DNA of 64,000 bases, taken from the NCBI RefSeq assembly GCF_965222475.1, contig NZ_CBDCUB010000006.1, forward strand, positions 129,893 through 193,892. The letters run 5' to 3'. A program made the translations under genes and the position numbers. The notes under the pieces were generated by a model. It saw only the letters and a list, made by a program, of their open reading frames with translations. It did no database searches and was not told the origin of the DNA. Of this stretch, positions 40,874 through 50,981 are shown one piece after another (the first letter of the stretch is position 1; every line of letters starts with the position of its first letter). Origin of the DNA: Candidatus Palauibacter sp. (GTDB lineage Bacteria > Gemmatimonadota > Gemmatimonadetes > Palauibacterales > Palauibacteraceae).

Positions 40874-43492
40874 ATGCTCCGAAGACACTCTCCCGCCGTC
40901 GCCGCAGCCCTGCTCGTTCTCGCGGTCTCCCTGGCGACGGCCTGCGGCGACGAGGCGACCGCGCCGCCTCCCGAAGCGCCGAACCAGAGACCGGTGCCCA
41001 CGAATGAGATTCCGGCCCAGGAACTCGCTGTAGGCGAGACGCTGACCGTGGACGCGGCCGCCTACTTCTCGGATCCGGACGGGGATGCCCTCGCTTTCGA
41101 TGCGGAGAGTTCGAACGCCGGCGTTGTCTCGGTCTCGCTCAGCGGGAGCGCCGTCACCGCTGTCGGGGTGGCGCCGGGCGAAGCGCAGGTCACGATCCGA
41201 GCCCGCGATCCCCTGGGTCAGCAGGCGCGGCACACCTTCAACGTCCTGGTGCCGGTGCCGCGCACGGCGGATCACGCCGCACTCGAAGCGATCTACGCGG
41301 CGCTGGGCGGCCCGGACTGGCTCCAGAGCGAGAACTGGCTCAGCGGTCATCCGCTCGACAACTGGCACGGAGTGGAGGTGGACGGCGACGGGCGCGTCGT
41401 GGGACTTGACCTCGAGTTCAACGGGCTCGAAGGGACGCTCCCGCCGCAGTTGGGCGATCTTCCGCGCCTACGTTCGCTCCGCCTGTCGCGAAACGCAGTC
41501 TCCGGCGGCATCCCGCCCGAGTTGGGCCACCTCCCCGATTTCGAGCGGCTGGAGCTTCGGGAGAACGAACTCGGCGGAACGATCCCGCCCCATGTGGGCG
41601 ACTTCACCAACCTGTACCGGCTCGAACTCGGCGGTAACGCGTTTGCGGGAGCGATCCCCCCGGAGATCGGTCGCCTGACCCGCCTGGAGTTGCTGGATCT
41701 GGGCGACAACCAACTCACCGGAGCGATTCCTCCCGAACTGGGGAATTTCGCCGGCCTTCAAACCCTGCTGGTTCACTCGAACGACCTTACCGGCCCCGTA
41801 CCGGTGGAGTTCGGCCGCCTGGCGCGGCTTCGGACACTGAACCTTTCCGGCAACGCGGAGCTGTCCGGTCCCCTGCCCCTCGAAATGACAGCGATCACCG
41901 GGCTCGCCGGGCTCCATCTGGGCGGTTCGGCGCTCTGTGCGCCAGCCGATCCGATCTTCGCAGCGTGGCTGAATCGGATTCGAAGGCACCACGTCGCCAC
42001 ATGCGCGGACGAGGGATCCTCGATCCTCCTCACCCAGGCGGTTCAGTCGATGGCTTTCCCGGTCCCGCTCGTCGCGGGTGATTCGGCCTTGCTCCGGGTC
42101 TTCCTGACCGCCCCGGAAGGCACCTCCGTCGACTTCCCGCCCGTCCGGGCACGGTTCTTCGTGGAGGACGCGGAATCATATGTCGTCGAGATTCCCGCAC
42201 AGTCGAACCCCGTGCCCACCGAGATCGACGAGGGATCGCTCGCGTCGTCGGTGAACGCGCTCATCCCCGGGTGGGTCGTGCAGCCGGGCCTGGAGGTGGT
42301 CGTGGAGACGGACCCGGAGGGGACCCTGGACCCGGCCCTCGGTCTCACGCGGCGGATTCCCGACGCGGGGCGGCGCGCGGTGGACGTGCGGGCCATGCCC
42401 ACGTTCGATCTCACGGTGATCCCGTTCCTTGTGAGTTCGGATACGGACCGCTCGATCGTGTCGCTGGTGGAGAGCCTGACCCCGGACCACGAGCTCCTCT
42501 GGTATACGCGAACGCTTCTGCCGGTGGGCGACTTCACGGTCACGGCGCACGAACCCGTGATGACGTCGACGAACAACCAGAGCGCCCTGCTCGGCGAGAC
42601 GAACGCGATTCGGGTCGCCGAGGGGGGGACCGGGCATTACATGGGCACGGCGGCCGCGAGCGACGGGGGCGGGCTCGCATACCTGGGCGGGTTCTCGAGC
42701 TTCGCCGACATGCGGATCGACATCATCGCGCACGAACTCGGGCACAACATGAGCCTGAGCCACGCTCCCTGCAGCGCGTACGGGGTCGACCCCTGGTATC
42801 CCGAGCCGGACGGCCGCATCAGGGCATGGGGGTACGACTTCCGCGACGGCGGGGCGCTCGTCGCGCCGGACACCCCGGACATCATGGGGTACTGCGATCC
42901 GCACTGGATCGGGGACTACCACTTCTCCAACGCGATGCGCCACCGCCTCGCCACGGAGCGCACCGCGGCAGCGGACGGGACGGGGACACAGGCCTCGGAC
43001 TGGACGGCGGCGATCCCTAATCGGACGCTCCTCCTGTGGGGCGGTGTCGATGAGACGGGCGCCCCCTATCTGGAGCCGACGTTCGTCCTCGACGCCCCGC
43101 CGACTCTGCCGCTTGCCGTCGGCGAATACGTCATCCGCGGCCGAAGCGCGGGCGGCGAGGAGCTGTTCTCACTCCCCTTCGACATGCCGAGGATCGTCCA
43201 CGGCGACGGAGGATCGAGTTTCGCCTTCGCCCTGCCTGTGCGCGCGGAGTGGGCGGGCACTCTGTCGAGCCTGACGCTCTCCGGGCCCGGAGGGTCCGCC
43301 ACGCTGGACGCCGCGACCGACCGGCCGGCCGCGATCGTACGCGACCCGCGGACCGGAGTCATTCGCGCGATCCTGCGAGACCTTTCGCCCGCTACGCTGG
43401 CGCGGGGGATTGCCGAGGAACTGTCTCTCGACCCCGGCCTGGAAGTGCAGGTCAGCCGCGGGATTCCCGGTCCTGCGGCGTGGAACCGCTGA
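40874..43492 (+). CDS. Lipoprotein with Ig-like domain, leucine-rich repeats and zinc metallopeptidase (M66-like) domain
   Basis: LATAC lipobox; FSDPDGDAL; LxLxxNxLxGxIPPELG repeats; HELGHNMSLSH at 42731-42763 plus DIMGY Met-turn. Confidence 0.88.
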   Translation: MLRRHSPAVAAALLVLAVSLATACGDEATAPPPEAPNQRPVPTNEIPAQELAVGETLTVDAAAYFSDPDGDALAFDAESSNAGVVSVSLSGSAVTAVGVAPGEAQVTIRARDPLGQQARHTFNVLVPVPRTADHAALEAIYAALGGPDWLQSENWLSGHPLDNWHGVEVDGDGRVVGLDLEFNGLEGTLPPQLGDLPRLRSLRLSRNAVSGGIPPELGHLPDFERLELRENELGGTIPPHVGDFTNLYRLELGGNAFAGAIPPEIGRLTRLELLDLGDNQLTGAIPPELGNFAGLQTLLVHSNDLTGPVPVEFGRLARLRTLNLSGNAELSGPLPLEMTAITGLAGLHLGGSALCAPADPIFAAWLNRIRRHHVATCADEGSSILLTQAVQSMAFPVPLVAGDSALLRVFLTAPEGTSVDFPPVRARFFVEDAESYVVEIPAQSNPVPTEIDEGSLASSVNALIPGWVVQPGLEVVVETDPEGTLDPALGLTRRIPDAGRRAVDVRAMPTFDLTVIPFLVSSDTDRSIVSLVESLTPDHELLWYTRTLLPVGDFTVTAHEPVMTSTNNQSALLGETNAIRVAEGGTGHYMGTAAASDGGGLAYLGGFSSFADMRIDIIAHELGHNMSLSHAPCSAYGVDPWYPEPDGRIRAWGYDFRDGGALVAPDTPDIMGYCDPHWIGDYHFSNAMRHRLATERTAAADGTGTQASDWTAAIPNRTLLLWGGVDETGAPYLEPTFVLDAPPTLPLAVGEYVIRGRSAGGEELFSLPFDMPRIVHGDGGSSFAFALPVRAEWAGTLSSLTLSGPGGSATLDAATDRPAAIVRDPRTGVIRAILRDLSPATLARGIAEELSLDPGLEVQVSRGIPGPAAWNR

Positions 43493-43514
43493 CCCGCCGG
43501 CTCGGGCTCCGTAA

Positions 43515-43571
43515 CGGCCCGTGGCAAGAGCCCCGCTGCATTCGAGCGACGCAGGGTTTTGCCACGGGCCG
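43515..43571. repeat. Palindromic intergenic element (REP/MITE-like or terminator)
   Basis: CGGCCCGTGGCAA ... TTGCCACGGGCCG perfect 13-bp inverted repeat between convergent genes. Confidence 0.75.
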
Positions 43572-43578
43572 CTGAGGG

Positions 43579-44289
43579 CTAGTTCCCCTCGCGGTCCGGG
43601 AGTTCGGCGAGGGCGTCGACGTCGATCGCGTCACGAAGTTCGTAGAGTTCGTCGACCGTGACGTCGCGCCCATCCAGCGCGACCACGAAGCGACCCTCCA
43701 CGAACCAGGCCAACGTTCCGCGACCTCGATTGTCACGCCTGCGTTCGAACTCCTCGAAGGCAGGATGGCCTCCGTATTCGAGCGTCCGCGCCCAGCCTCC
43801 GTCACTCTCCGCCTCGACCTCGGCGTCGAGCCACGCCGCCATGGCCTTCGACCCGATGGAGCCCAGGGCGCCGGCATCCACTACCGTGATGTCGACCTCG
43901 GCGCCGTTCCCCGCTTCGTACTCGGCCTCGACTGCGGACACTTTGAATCCGAACGCGCCGGCCGTGTTGCCCTCGCGGGACGTCCGACGGAAGTCACCGA
44001 CCCTGTCGGGGAGGACATCGTAGAACTCGCGGAAGTCGACCGGATTCTCGACGCTGCGGCCGTCGGCCAGGTCCTCGACCATATCGGTGGCGGCTTCCGC
44101 GACCTCCTCGGCCGCCTCGGTAAACTCTTCCATCGCCTCTTCGAAGCTCTCGCGCGCATCCTCCGCCTCGTCGCGGGCGTCGCTGTCGCCGATGAAGAAG
44201 CAACCCGCCGACGCCAGACCGGTGAACAGGGCGCCCGTGAGGGCGATGCGCCGCGAGCGGCGGCCGGGGGATTGACGATTCCGGGACAT
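43579..44289 (-). CDS. Hypothetical lipoprotein
   Basis: ASAGC lipobox after hydrophobic segment; acidic mature part. Confidence 0.8.
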   Translation of the reverse strand: MSRNRQSPGRRSRRIALTGALFTGLASAGCFFIGDSDARDEAEDARESFEEAMEEFTEAAEEVAEAATDMVEDLADGRSVENPVDFREFYDVLPDRVGDFRRTSREGNTAGAFGFKVSAVEAEYEAGNGAEVDITVVDAGALGSIGSKAMAAWLDAEVEAESDGGWARTLEYGGHPAFEEFERRRDNRGRGTLAWFVEGRFVVALDGRDVTVDELYELRDAIDVDALAELPDREGN

Positions 44290-44456
44290 CTCTTTCTCCA
44301 GATGCTGAGCACAGGGTTGTACGGGTCGCGCGGCCGCGAACGCCGCCTCGCCCGGGCACCCCGTACCTGCAGGGGGCCTGAGTTCCGTCTACGCGCCACG
44401 GCGGGAGTAAGTGTCAGGCCGTTGACCGGCGACGTATGTGGTTCGATGGTGTTCCG

Positions 44457-46781
44457 ATGAACGCCCCCACTTCCCGTCCCGCCGTGCCCCCCAGGGCGCG
44501 CATCGCGGCCCTGGCTCGCGATGACAAGTGGTTTCTGGGGGGGCTGGACGGCGTGGTGTGGGCGCCGCCGTTCCCGCAGTGGCTTCACCGGCCGGGGTTC
44601 TGGGATCCCGTTCACCTGCTGCAGCATGAGGTCGGCCCGGGGTTCTCGGTCGCTCTCGTGCGCCCCGACGGGACGGAAAGCCCGGTCCGCAGTGCGACCT
44701 GCGGCCCGGACGGTCGCGACCTGACGCCACGCAGGTGGCAGCCCGGGCGGCTGGTCGTAACGTGGTCGGATGAGCGAGGCGCCACCGTTGAGGAGCACCG
44801 CCAGGTGCTGCCGGGCGGAATCCTGGAATCAGCCTGGCACGTCCCCCGCGAGCTCGAGGGCCACCTCGTCGGCTTCACCGCGCAGCCAGCCGACGCGACC
44901 GAGGGCGTCGAACCCACGGCGGCCGGCATGGGCTGGACGCGCACCGTCTCGGACCGGCGCGGGCAGGAACTGGTCCTGCGCGCGGAACTCGCGGGCTCGG
45001 GTTCGCCCGCGTGGCGGCGCATCGTGCCCTCCGAGGGGCGCGGCGCGCCCGAATGGCGGCATTCGCCCTTCGCGGAAGACAGCGGCGGCGGCGGCGCCCG
45101 GGGGAGCGCCGCGACCGATTGCGAGGGCACCGACCCCGCACCCGGCGCGGCCCCCGACCCGAACTCCGACCTGAACTCCGAAACAGGCGCACGCCGCTTC
45201 GGGTGGATCTGGATTGCCGTCGCCCTTCCGCTGGCGGGGATCGGCGACGGCGGCCCGCCGACCCTCCGGCTGACCCTCCGCCTCCGGCGCGCCGAAGCTC
45301 GGGGCCCGGCTCCAGCGTCCTCGACGCCCCCGGCCGGCGAGACCCCGGCAGCCTCCGCCTGGGAGTCCTTCTTCGGCGGTTTTCCCCACTTCCAGTGCGG
45401 CGATCCGTATCTCGACCGCACCTTCGACTACCGCATCTACGGGCTGGGCCTGAACCGCATCGAGGGTCCATGGGGCCCGGTGCGGCACCCCGCCATCGCC
45501 GAGGGCCCGGAGTACTTCCACGTGCCGATCGCCTACAGCGCGCAGTGCCACGTGATGGAGATGCGGTGGCGGAGGGGCGGGCGCGAGGCGTGGGGCTCAC
45601 TCCTGAACTTCGTCGACAACCAGAAGCCCGACGGCTCCTTCCACGGGCGCCTCTATCCCGAGCGCCTCGAGGGCACGGACTTCTACCACGCCAACTGGGG
45701 CGACGCGCTGCTCGCGGTCGACGACATGCACCCCGATGCGGCGGCGCTGGCCCGCTGCTACGAGGGACTGTCGCGCTACGCCCGCTGGCTGACGGCGGCG
45801 CGCGACCCCGAGGCGTCGGGGATGTTCACCGTTACGAACCACTTCGAGACGGGACAGGAGTACATGTCGCGCTACATGGCCGTGGACGAGAAAGCCGACG
45901 TCGCGGGGTGGCGTCCCCGCCTCCGCCTCAAGGGGATCGACGTCACGGTGTACGCGCACCAGTTGTTCCGCGCCCTCGGCTCGGTGGCGCGCCGCCTGGA
46001 GCGGGCGGGCGACGAGGCCGAGTGGCGCGGGCTCGCGGCCCGCTGCTGGAGGGCGATCGACGAGCGCATGTGGTCGGCGGAGGCCCGGCTGTTCACCGAC
46101 GTGGACGGGCGCACCGGCGAGCGCACCGGCGTGAAGGCGGCGGTGGGGTTCTACCCGCTGCTCACCGAACGAGTGGGCGGGGCCCGCCTCGGCGCCCTGT
46201 TCGACCACCTCGAGGATCCCGCGACCTTCGGCACGCGCTTCCCCCTGCCTTCGTCGAGCGTGGACGATCCGCGATTCTCGGCGGAGGGCATGTGGCGGGG
46301 GAAGCGCCGCAACTGCCCATGGAACGGGCGGGTATGGCCGATGACGACGAGCCATGTGATCGAAGGGTTGCTGCGCTGCTGGCGTGGCGGGAGCGCGCGG
46401 GCCGGCATGCTGGCGGCCGACATGCTCGACCGCTTCGCGCGCATGATGTTCACCGACGGCGACCCCTCGCGCCCCAACTGCTTCGAGCACTACAACCCGC
46501 ACACGGGCCGCGCGTGCCACTTCCGGGGCATCGACGACTACCAGCACTCCTGGATCCTCGATCTGCTGGCGCGCGGATTCGCCGGGCTCCATGTGGACGC
46601 GTCGGGAATCGAGGTGCGGCCGCTGCCGAACGGTCCCGCCCGAGTGTCGCTGGGACCGGTCACCGCGCGGGGTCACACGGTGTCCGTCGAGGTGGAGCCC
46701 GAGCGGGTGAGCGTTGCCCTGGACGGCGAGCGGTTCGACGGGCCGTGCGGCGAGGCCCTCCGAGTGGCGTGGGTTCCGTGA
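44457..46781 (+). CDS. GH63/MGH1-like (alpha/alpha)6 glycoside hydrolase
   Basis: ETGQE, GFYPLL, WNGRVWP, FEHYNPHTG; first gene of sugar ABC operon. Confidence 0.82.
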   Translation: MNAPTSRPAVPPRARIAALARDDKWFLGGLDGVVWAPPFPQWLHRPGFWDPVHLLQHEVGPGFSVALVRPDGTESPVRSATCGPDGRDLTPRRWQPGRLVVTWSDERGATVEEHRQVLPGGILESAWHVPRELEGHLVGFTAQPADATEGVEPTAAGMGWTRTVSDRRGQELVLRAELAGSGSPAWRRIVPSEGRGAPEWRHSPFAEDSGGGGARGSAATDCEGTDPAPGAAPDPNSDLNSETGARRFGWIWIAVALPLAGIGDGGPPTLRLTLRLRRAEARGPAPASSTPPAGETPAASAWESFFGGFPHFQCGDPYLDRTFDYRIYGLGLNRIEGPWGPVRHPAIAEGPEYFHVPIAYSAQCHVMEMRWRRGGREAWGSLLNFVDNQKPDGSFHGRLYPERLEGTDFYHANWGDALLAVDDMHPDAAALARCYEGLSRYARWLTAARDPEASGMFTVTNHFETGQEYMSRYMAVDEKADVAGWRPRLRLKGIDVTVYAHQLFRALGSVARRLERAGDEAEWRGLAARCWRAIDERMWSAEARLFTDVDGRTGERTGVKAAVGFYPLLTERVGGARLGALFDHLEDPATFGTRFPLPSSSVDDPRFSAEGMWRGKRRNCPWNGRVWPMTTSHVIEGLLRCWRGGSARAGMLAADMLDRFARMMFTDGDPSRPNCFEHYNPHTGRACHFRGIDDYQHSWILDLLARGFAGLHVDASGIEVRPLPNGPARVSLGPVTARGHTVSVEVEPERVSVALDGERFDGPCGEALRVAWVP

Positions 46782-47869
46782 GTCGCGCGCCGCAGGGCGT
46801 CGAGCTGCGCGGTATGGAGAAGCGCTACGGCGAGGTCGTGGCCGTGCGGGCGCTGGACCTCGAGGTCCGCCCCGGGGAGTTGATGGTGCTGGTGGGCCCG
46901 TCGGGGTGCGGCAAGAGCACTCTGTTGCGCCTCATCGCCGGCCTCGTCGAACCCACTTCGGGGGAGGTGTGGATCGACGGACGGCGCGTGGACGACGTCG
47001 AGCCGGGCGCCCGGGACGTGGCCATGGTGTTCCAGAGCTACGCGCTCTACCCGCACATGACCGTGGCCCGGAATCTGGGCTTCGGCCTGCGAGTGCGCGG
47101 CACGCCGCCCGCCGAGATCGAGCGGCGCGTTGCTGAGGCCGCCGCCACTCTCGGGCTCGCCGATCTGCTGTCGCGGAGGCCCGGCCAGCTGTCCGGGGGC
47201 CAGCGCCAACGGGTGGCTCTGGGACGCGCCATGGTCCGCGATCCGGGCGTGTTCCTGTTCGACGAACCGCTCTCGAACCTGGACGCGGAGTTGCGATTGC
47301 GGACACGCGACGAGATCGCCGCCCTGCACCGGCGCCTCGGCACGACGATGATCTTCGTGACGCACGACCAGGTGGAAGCGCTGTCGCTGGGCCAGCGGGT
47401 CGCGGTCATGGATCGCGGTCGGCTCCAGCAGGTGGGCACGCCGGATGAGGTCTACCGCCGGCCGGGCAACCTGTTCGTGGCGGGTTTCGTGGGGTCGCCG
47501 CCCATCAACCGCATCCCCCTGTCCCGCGACGAAGGGGGACACCTCGCGGGCGGTCCGTTCGCGCTCGCGGAGCCGTCGCGCCTCGACCGCGCCACGCTGG
47601 CGGTGCGGCCGGAGGATCTCGCGGTGAGCGAGGCCGGCGACTTCCGGGCCACCGTGCTCCGCGTGGAGGCGCTGGGCAGCGAGCAGCGCGTGCACCTGGA
47701 CGGCCCCGGCGACGCGGCGTGGGTGGCGCGCGCATCCCCCGCCCTGCGGGTCGCCCCGGGCGACCGCGTGAGCGTCTCCGTCGCATGGGACCGCAGCCAC
47801 CTGTTCGGTCCACACGGCCGCCGCCAGGAGGCCACGCCGCGACCGATGGGCCGGCCGGCCTCGCAGTGA
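46778..47869 (+). CDS. Sugar ABC transporter ATP-binding protein (MalK/UgpC family)
   Basis: GPSGCGKST, FQSYALYPHM, LSGGQRQR, FDEPLSNLD, VTHDQ; GTGA overlap. Confidence 0.95.
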   Translation: MSRAPQGVELRGMEKRYGEVVAVRALDLEVRPGELMVLVGPSGCGKSTLLRLIAGLVEPTSGEVWIDGRRVDDVEPGARDVAMVFQSYALYPHMTVARNLGFGLRVRGTPPAEIERRVAEAAATLGLADLLSRRPGQLSGGQRQRVALGRAMVRDPGVFLFDEPLSNLDAELRLRTRDEIAALHRRLGTTMIFVTHDQVEALSLGQRVAVMDRGRLQQVGTPDEVYRRPGNLFVAGFVGSPPINRIPLSRDEGGHLAGGPFALAEPSRLDRATLAVRPEDLAVSEAGDFRATVLRVEALGSEQRVHLDGPGDAAWVARASPALRVAPGDRVSVSVAWDRSHLFGPHGRRQEATPRPMGRPASQ

Positions 47870-49197
47870 CGAGCCGTCGGCCGCGCGCGCGCCGGCCCCT
47901 CCGGGCCGCCACCGGTTACGCCACCGTCGTCCTCGCGACGGTCGCCTGCGGCCCCGGCGAATCGGGCGCCGCGTTGCGCGTGGCCCTCTGGGCCGGAGGC
48001 CACGAACTCGAGATCGAGCGGCAGGTGGCCGACCGCTACGAGGCCTTGCACCCCGGCGTGCGGGTCGTGCTCGAATCGGCCCCCAACGGATACGAAGAGC
48101 GGCTGCTGACCTCGATCGCGGCGGGGCGTCCGCCCGACGTCTACCTCATGGACTCGCCCGACATCCCCACCTTCGTGGAGCGCGGGCTGGCGCTGGACCT
48201 CGCGCCCTGGCAGGAGGCGCTCGGCTTTCGACCGGACAGCGTGTTCGGGCCGGTGGCGGACGCGTTTCGCCGGGGCGAATCCATGTTCGCGCTGCCGAAG
48301 GACTTCACTCCCATGGTCCTGTACGCGAATCGGGGCGCGCTCGCCGCCGCGGGCGTCGAAGACCTCCTGCCGGCCGCGCCATCGCCCGCCGGGCCGCCGG
48401 TCGGCTGGACCTGGAGTGACTTCCGGCGGGCCGCCGAGGCCGTCGTCGCGGACACCGACGGCGACGGTCGGAAGGACGTGTTCGGGTTCGACTTCCCGCG
48501 CAACCTGTACCAGTGGGTTCCGTTCGTGTGGTCGGCGGGAGGCGACATCCTGGCGCCCGGCGGCAACGGGGCGGCGGGTTACCTGGACGGGCCGGAAGCG
48601 CTGGAGGCCTACCGCTTCCTCACGGCCCTGGCGGAGGACGGCCTCACCCCGGGAGCGCAGTTCGTCCAGCAGGGAGACCCCGCGCGGGAGGCGCGCTTCG
48701 CATCGGGCGGACAGGCGTTCCTGCTGTCGGGCCACTGGACGCTCCCCGTGTTCCGCGACTTGGTGGAGGCCGGCGCCCTGGACTTGGCCATCGTCCCCAT
48801 TCCGCACCATCCGTCGCGGACGGCGGCGGCCAGCGTGCTGTACGCCTCGGGGTGGGCCGTGCCGCCCAACGCGCCGCACCTGCGGCGGGCCATCGACCTG
48901 GCCGGCTTCCTCGCCTCGCCCGAAGCGCAGCGCATCCGGGCGCGCTCGGGACTCGCCATTCCCGCGCGTATGGATGTGGCGGCGGAGATCGCCGCGGCGG
49001 ACGGCACGGGGGTCGAGGGCGCGTTCATCGCGCTGGTGGAGGGCGCGCGGATGACGTGGGGCGCACGGGTGCGCGACTTTTCCCGCATCGAGGCGCTGGC
49101 GGTGGAGATCATGGACCGCCGCCTGGTGCGGGGAGAGCCCCTCGCATCGAGCGCCTCGGACGTGGCCCGCCGCATCGACGCGGAGTTCGGGTGGTGA
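47866..49197 (+). CDS. Sugar ABC transporter substrate-binding lipoprotein
   Basis: TVAC lipobox; AAGRPPDV, ALPKDFTPMVLY, WTWSDF. Confidence 0.9.
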   Translation: MTSRRPRARRPLRAATGYATVVLATVACGPGESGAALRVALWAGGHELEIERQVADRYEALHPGVRVVLESAPNGYEERLLTSIAAGRPPDVYLMDSPDIPTFVERGLALDLAPWQEALGFRPDSVFGPVADAFRRGESMFALPKDFTPMVLYANRGALAAAGVEDLLPAAPSPAGPPVGWTWSDFRRAAEAVVADTDGDGRKDVFGFDFPRNLYQWVPFVWSAGGDILAPGGNGAAGYLDGPEALEAYRFLTALAEDGLTPGAQFVQQGDPAREARFASGGQAFLLSGHWTLPVFRDLVEAGALDLAIVPIPHHPSRTAAASVLYASGWAVPPNAPHLRRAIDLAGFLASPEAQRIRARSGLAIPARMDVAAEIAAADGTGVEGAFIALVEGARMTWGARVRDFSRIEALAVEIMDRRLVRGEPLASSASDVARRIDAEFGW

Positions 49198-50981
49198 GCG
49201 GCGTGCGGCAGCCGGTCCTCGCCGCCCTCGCCGCCGTCGCCCTCGCGGCCGGCCTGGGGTTGGTGGTGGCCGTCGGCGCGGGGCGGGTGGAGGGCGCACG
49301 GGTGGCCGCGGCGGAAGCCGAGGCGCGCATGGCGGCCGCGCTGTGGGAGGAGGAGGGGGGCGGCGCCGAGGCCGTGGCCAGTCTGCTCGGCGAACGGGCG
49401 ACGATCTTCGGCGCGGGCGCCGGAGGCGCCGGGGCGGGGGCGCACGCCTACGAGGCCGGCGCGCTCGACCCCGCCGCCTGGATCGCGGTCGCGCCGCGCC
49501 GCGCGGGCGGCCCCTGGACCGCCGTCCCCGCCATCGCCGTCGCCATCGCGCTGGCGGGCGTGGCGCTCACCTCGGGCTGGGCCGCGGCCCGGCGCCGCGG
49601 GCCGACGCGCACGCGCTACCCGGCGGGCATCGCGCTCCTCTCCCTCGGCTGCATCGCGCTTACGGCGGTCGCCGCCGAGCGGTGGGCGGACCGCGAACTC
49701 CGATCGCTGAGCGCCGCCACGGCGGCCCAGGGCGCGCGAGCCGTCGAGCTCGCCATGGCGACCGGCGCGGATCCAGCCCGCGCCGCCCGGGTCGCCCAAC
49801 TTCCGTGGGCCGAGGACCGCTCGCTGGAGTCCGCGAACCAGCAGTGGACCATGCCGGCCGCAATCGCGGCGGCCATCGCCGCCTCGCCCCAACGAGGCAT
49901 GACGAGGCCCCTGGCGGCACCTGCCGGTACGCCGTACACGGTGGAAGCGGCCGGCGCCACCTACCACGCGGCCCGCGCCGCCGACGTCCACCTTGCCTTC
50001 CTCGGATACGAGCGCACCGCCTCACCGGCCCTCGCGCTGGCCGCCGCGGGCGCGCTCGCCGCCCTGCTGTTGGCGCTGGTCCTCCACCTCGCGCAGCTCG
50101 CGGCCCGCCCCCGGACCCTGCGCCGAACCCTGGCGGCGTGGGGCCTCCTCGGGCCGGCGGCGGCCCTCATCCTCGCGTTCACGCTTGGGCCGCTCCTCTT
50201 CTCCCTGTGGATCTCGCTGCACGAATGGCGCCTCATCGACCCCGCGCCCCTCTTCCTCGGACTCGACAACTATGCGGCGCTGCTCTCGGACCCGGATTGG
50301 TGGTCGGCGATCGGGAATACGGCGCTGTTCACGCTGCACGTGCCCGCCGCGATGGCCGTCGCCCTCGCCCTGGCGCTCCTCACCCAGGGGTCGCCCCGCA
50401 CAATGCGCTGGGCCCGGCTCGCCCTCTTCCTGCCCGGCATCACCAGCGTGGCGGCGATCGCGGTGGTGTGGAAGTGGCTGTTGAGCGACCAGTACGGACT
50501 GCTGAACCAGGTTCTGGTGCGCGCGGGGCTCGAGTCCGTCCCGTGGCTCACCTCGCCCGACACCGCGCTCATCAGCCTGATGCTGATCGGCATCTGGATG
50601 GTCGTGGGCTATCAGATGGTGGTCTTCCAGGCGGGCCTCGCCGCCATCCCGCGCGACTGGTACGACGCGGCCCGGGTCGACGGCGCGGGGCCGTGGCAGC
50701 GTTTCCGCCACGTCACCCTGCCCGGCCTGCGCCACACCCTGTTCTTCGTGCTCGTCACGTCGGTCATCGGATCCTTCCAGGTCTTCGGACTCGTCTATGT
50801 GATGACCGAGGGCGGCCCGCTGGGCGCCACCGATGTCGCCGTGTATCACATTTACCGGGAGGCGTGGGAGTTCCTGCGCTTCGGCAACGCGGCCGCCATG
50901 AGCTGGCTCCTGTTCGCCCTCGTGTTCGCCGCCACCTGGCTGCATTTCCGCTTCCTCGATGCGCGGCGCGCCCATGGCTGA
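49194..50981 (+). CDS. Sugar ABC permease with long N-terminal extension
   Basis: GLDNY, DAARVDGAGPWQRFRHVTLP (EAA loop), MTEGGP. Confidence 0.9.
   Translation: MSGVRQPVLAALAAVALAAGLGLVVAVGAGRVEGARVAAAEAEARMAAALWEEEGGGAEAVASLLGERATIFGAGAGGAGAGAHAYEAGALDPAAWIAVAPRRAGGPWTAVPAIAVAIALAGVALTSGWAAARRRGPTRTRYPAGIALLSLGCIALTAVAAERWADRELRSLSAATAAQGARAVELAMATGADPARAARVAQLPWAEDRSLESANQQWTMPAAIAAAIAASPQRGMTRPLAAPAGTPYTVEAAGATYHAARAADVHLAFLGYERTASPALALAAAGALAALLLALVLHLAQLAARPRTLRRTLAAWGLLGPAAALILAFTLGPLLFSLWISLHEWRLIDPAPLFLGLDNYAALLSDPDWWSAIGNTALFTLHVPAAMAVALALALLTQGSPRTMRWARLALFLPGITSVAAIAVVWKWLLSDQYGLLNQVLVRAGLESVPWLTSPDTALISLMLIGIWMVVGYQMVVFQAGLAAIPRDWYDAARVDGAGPWQRFRHVTLPGLRHTLFFVLVTSVIGSFQVFGLVYVMTEGGPLGATDVAVYHIYREAWEFLRFGNAAAMSWLLFALVFAATWLHFRFLDARRAHG

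Noticed and set aside
36758-41368. 1536-aa minus-strand ORF (also 123-2342, 1807-4737, 10240-12564, 21229-23451, 28327-30330)
   Set aside because: Antisense shadows of well-supported genes in high-GC DNA; no motifs and skewed composition
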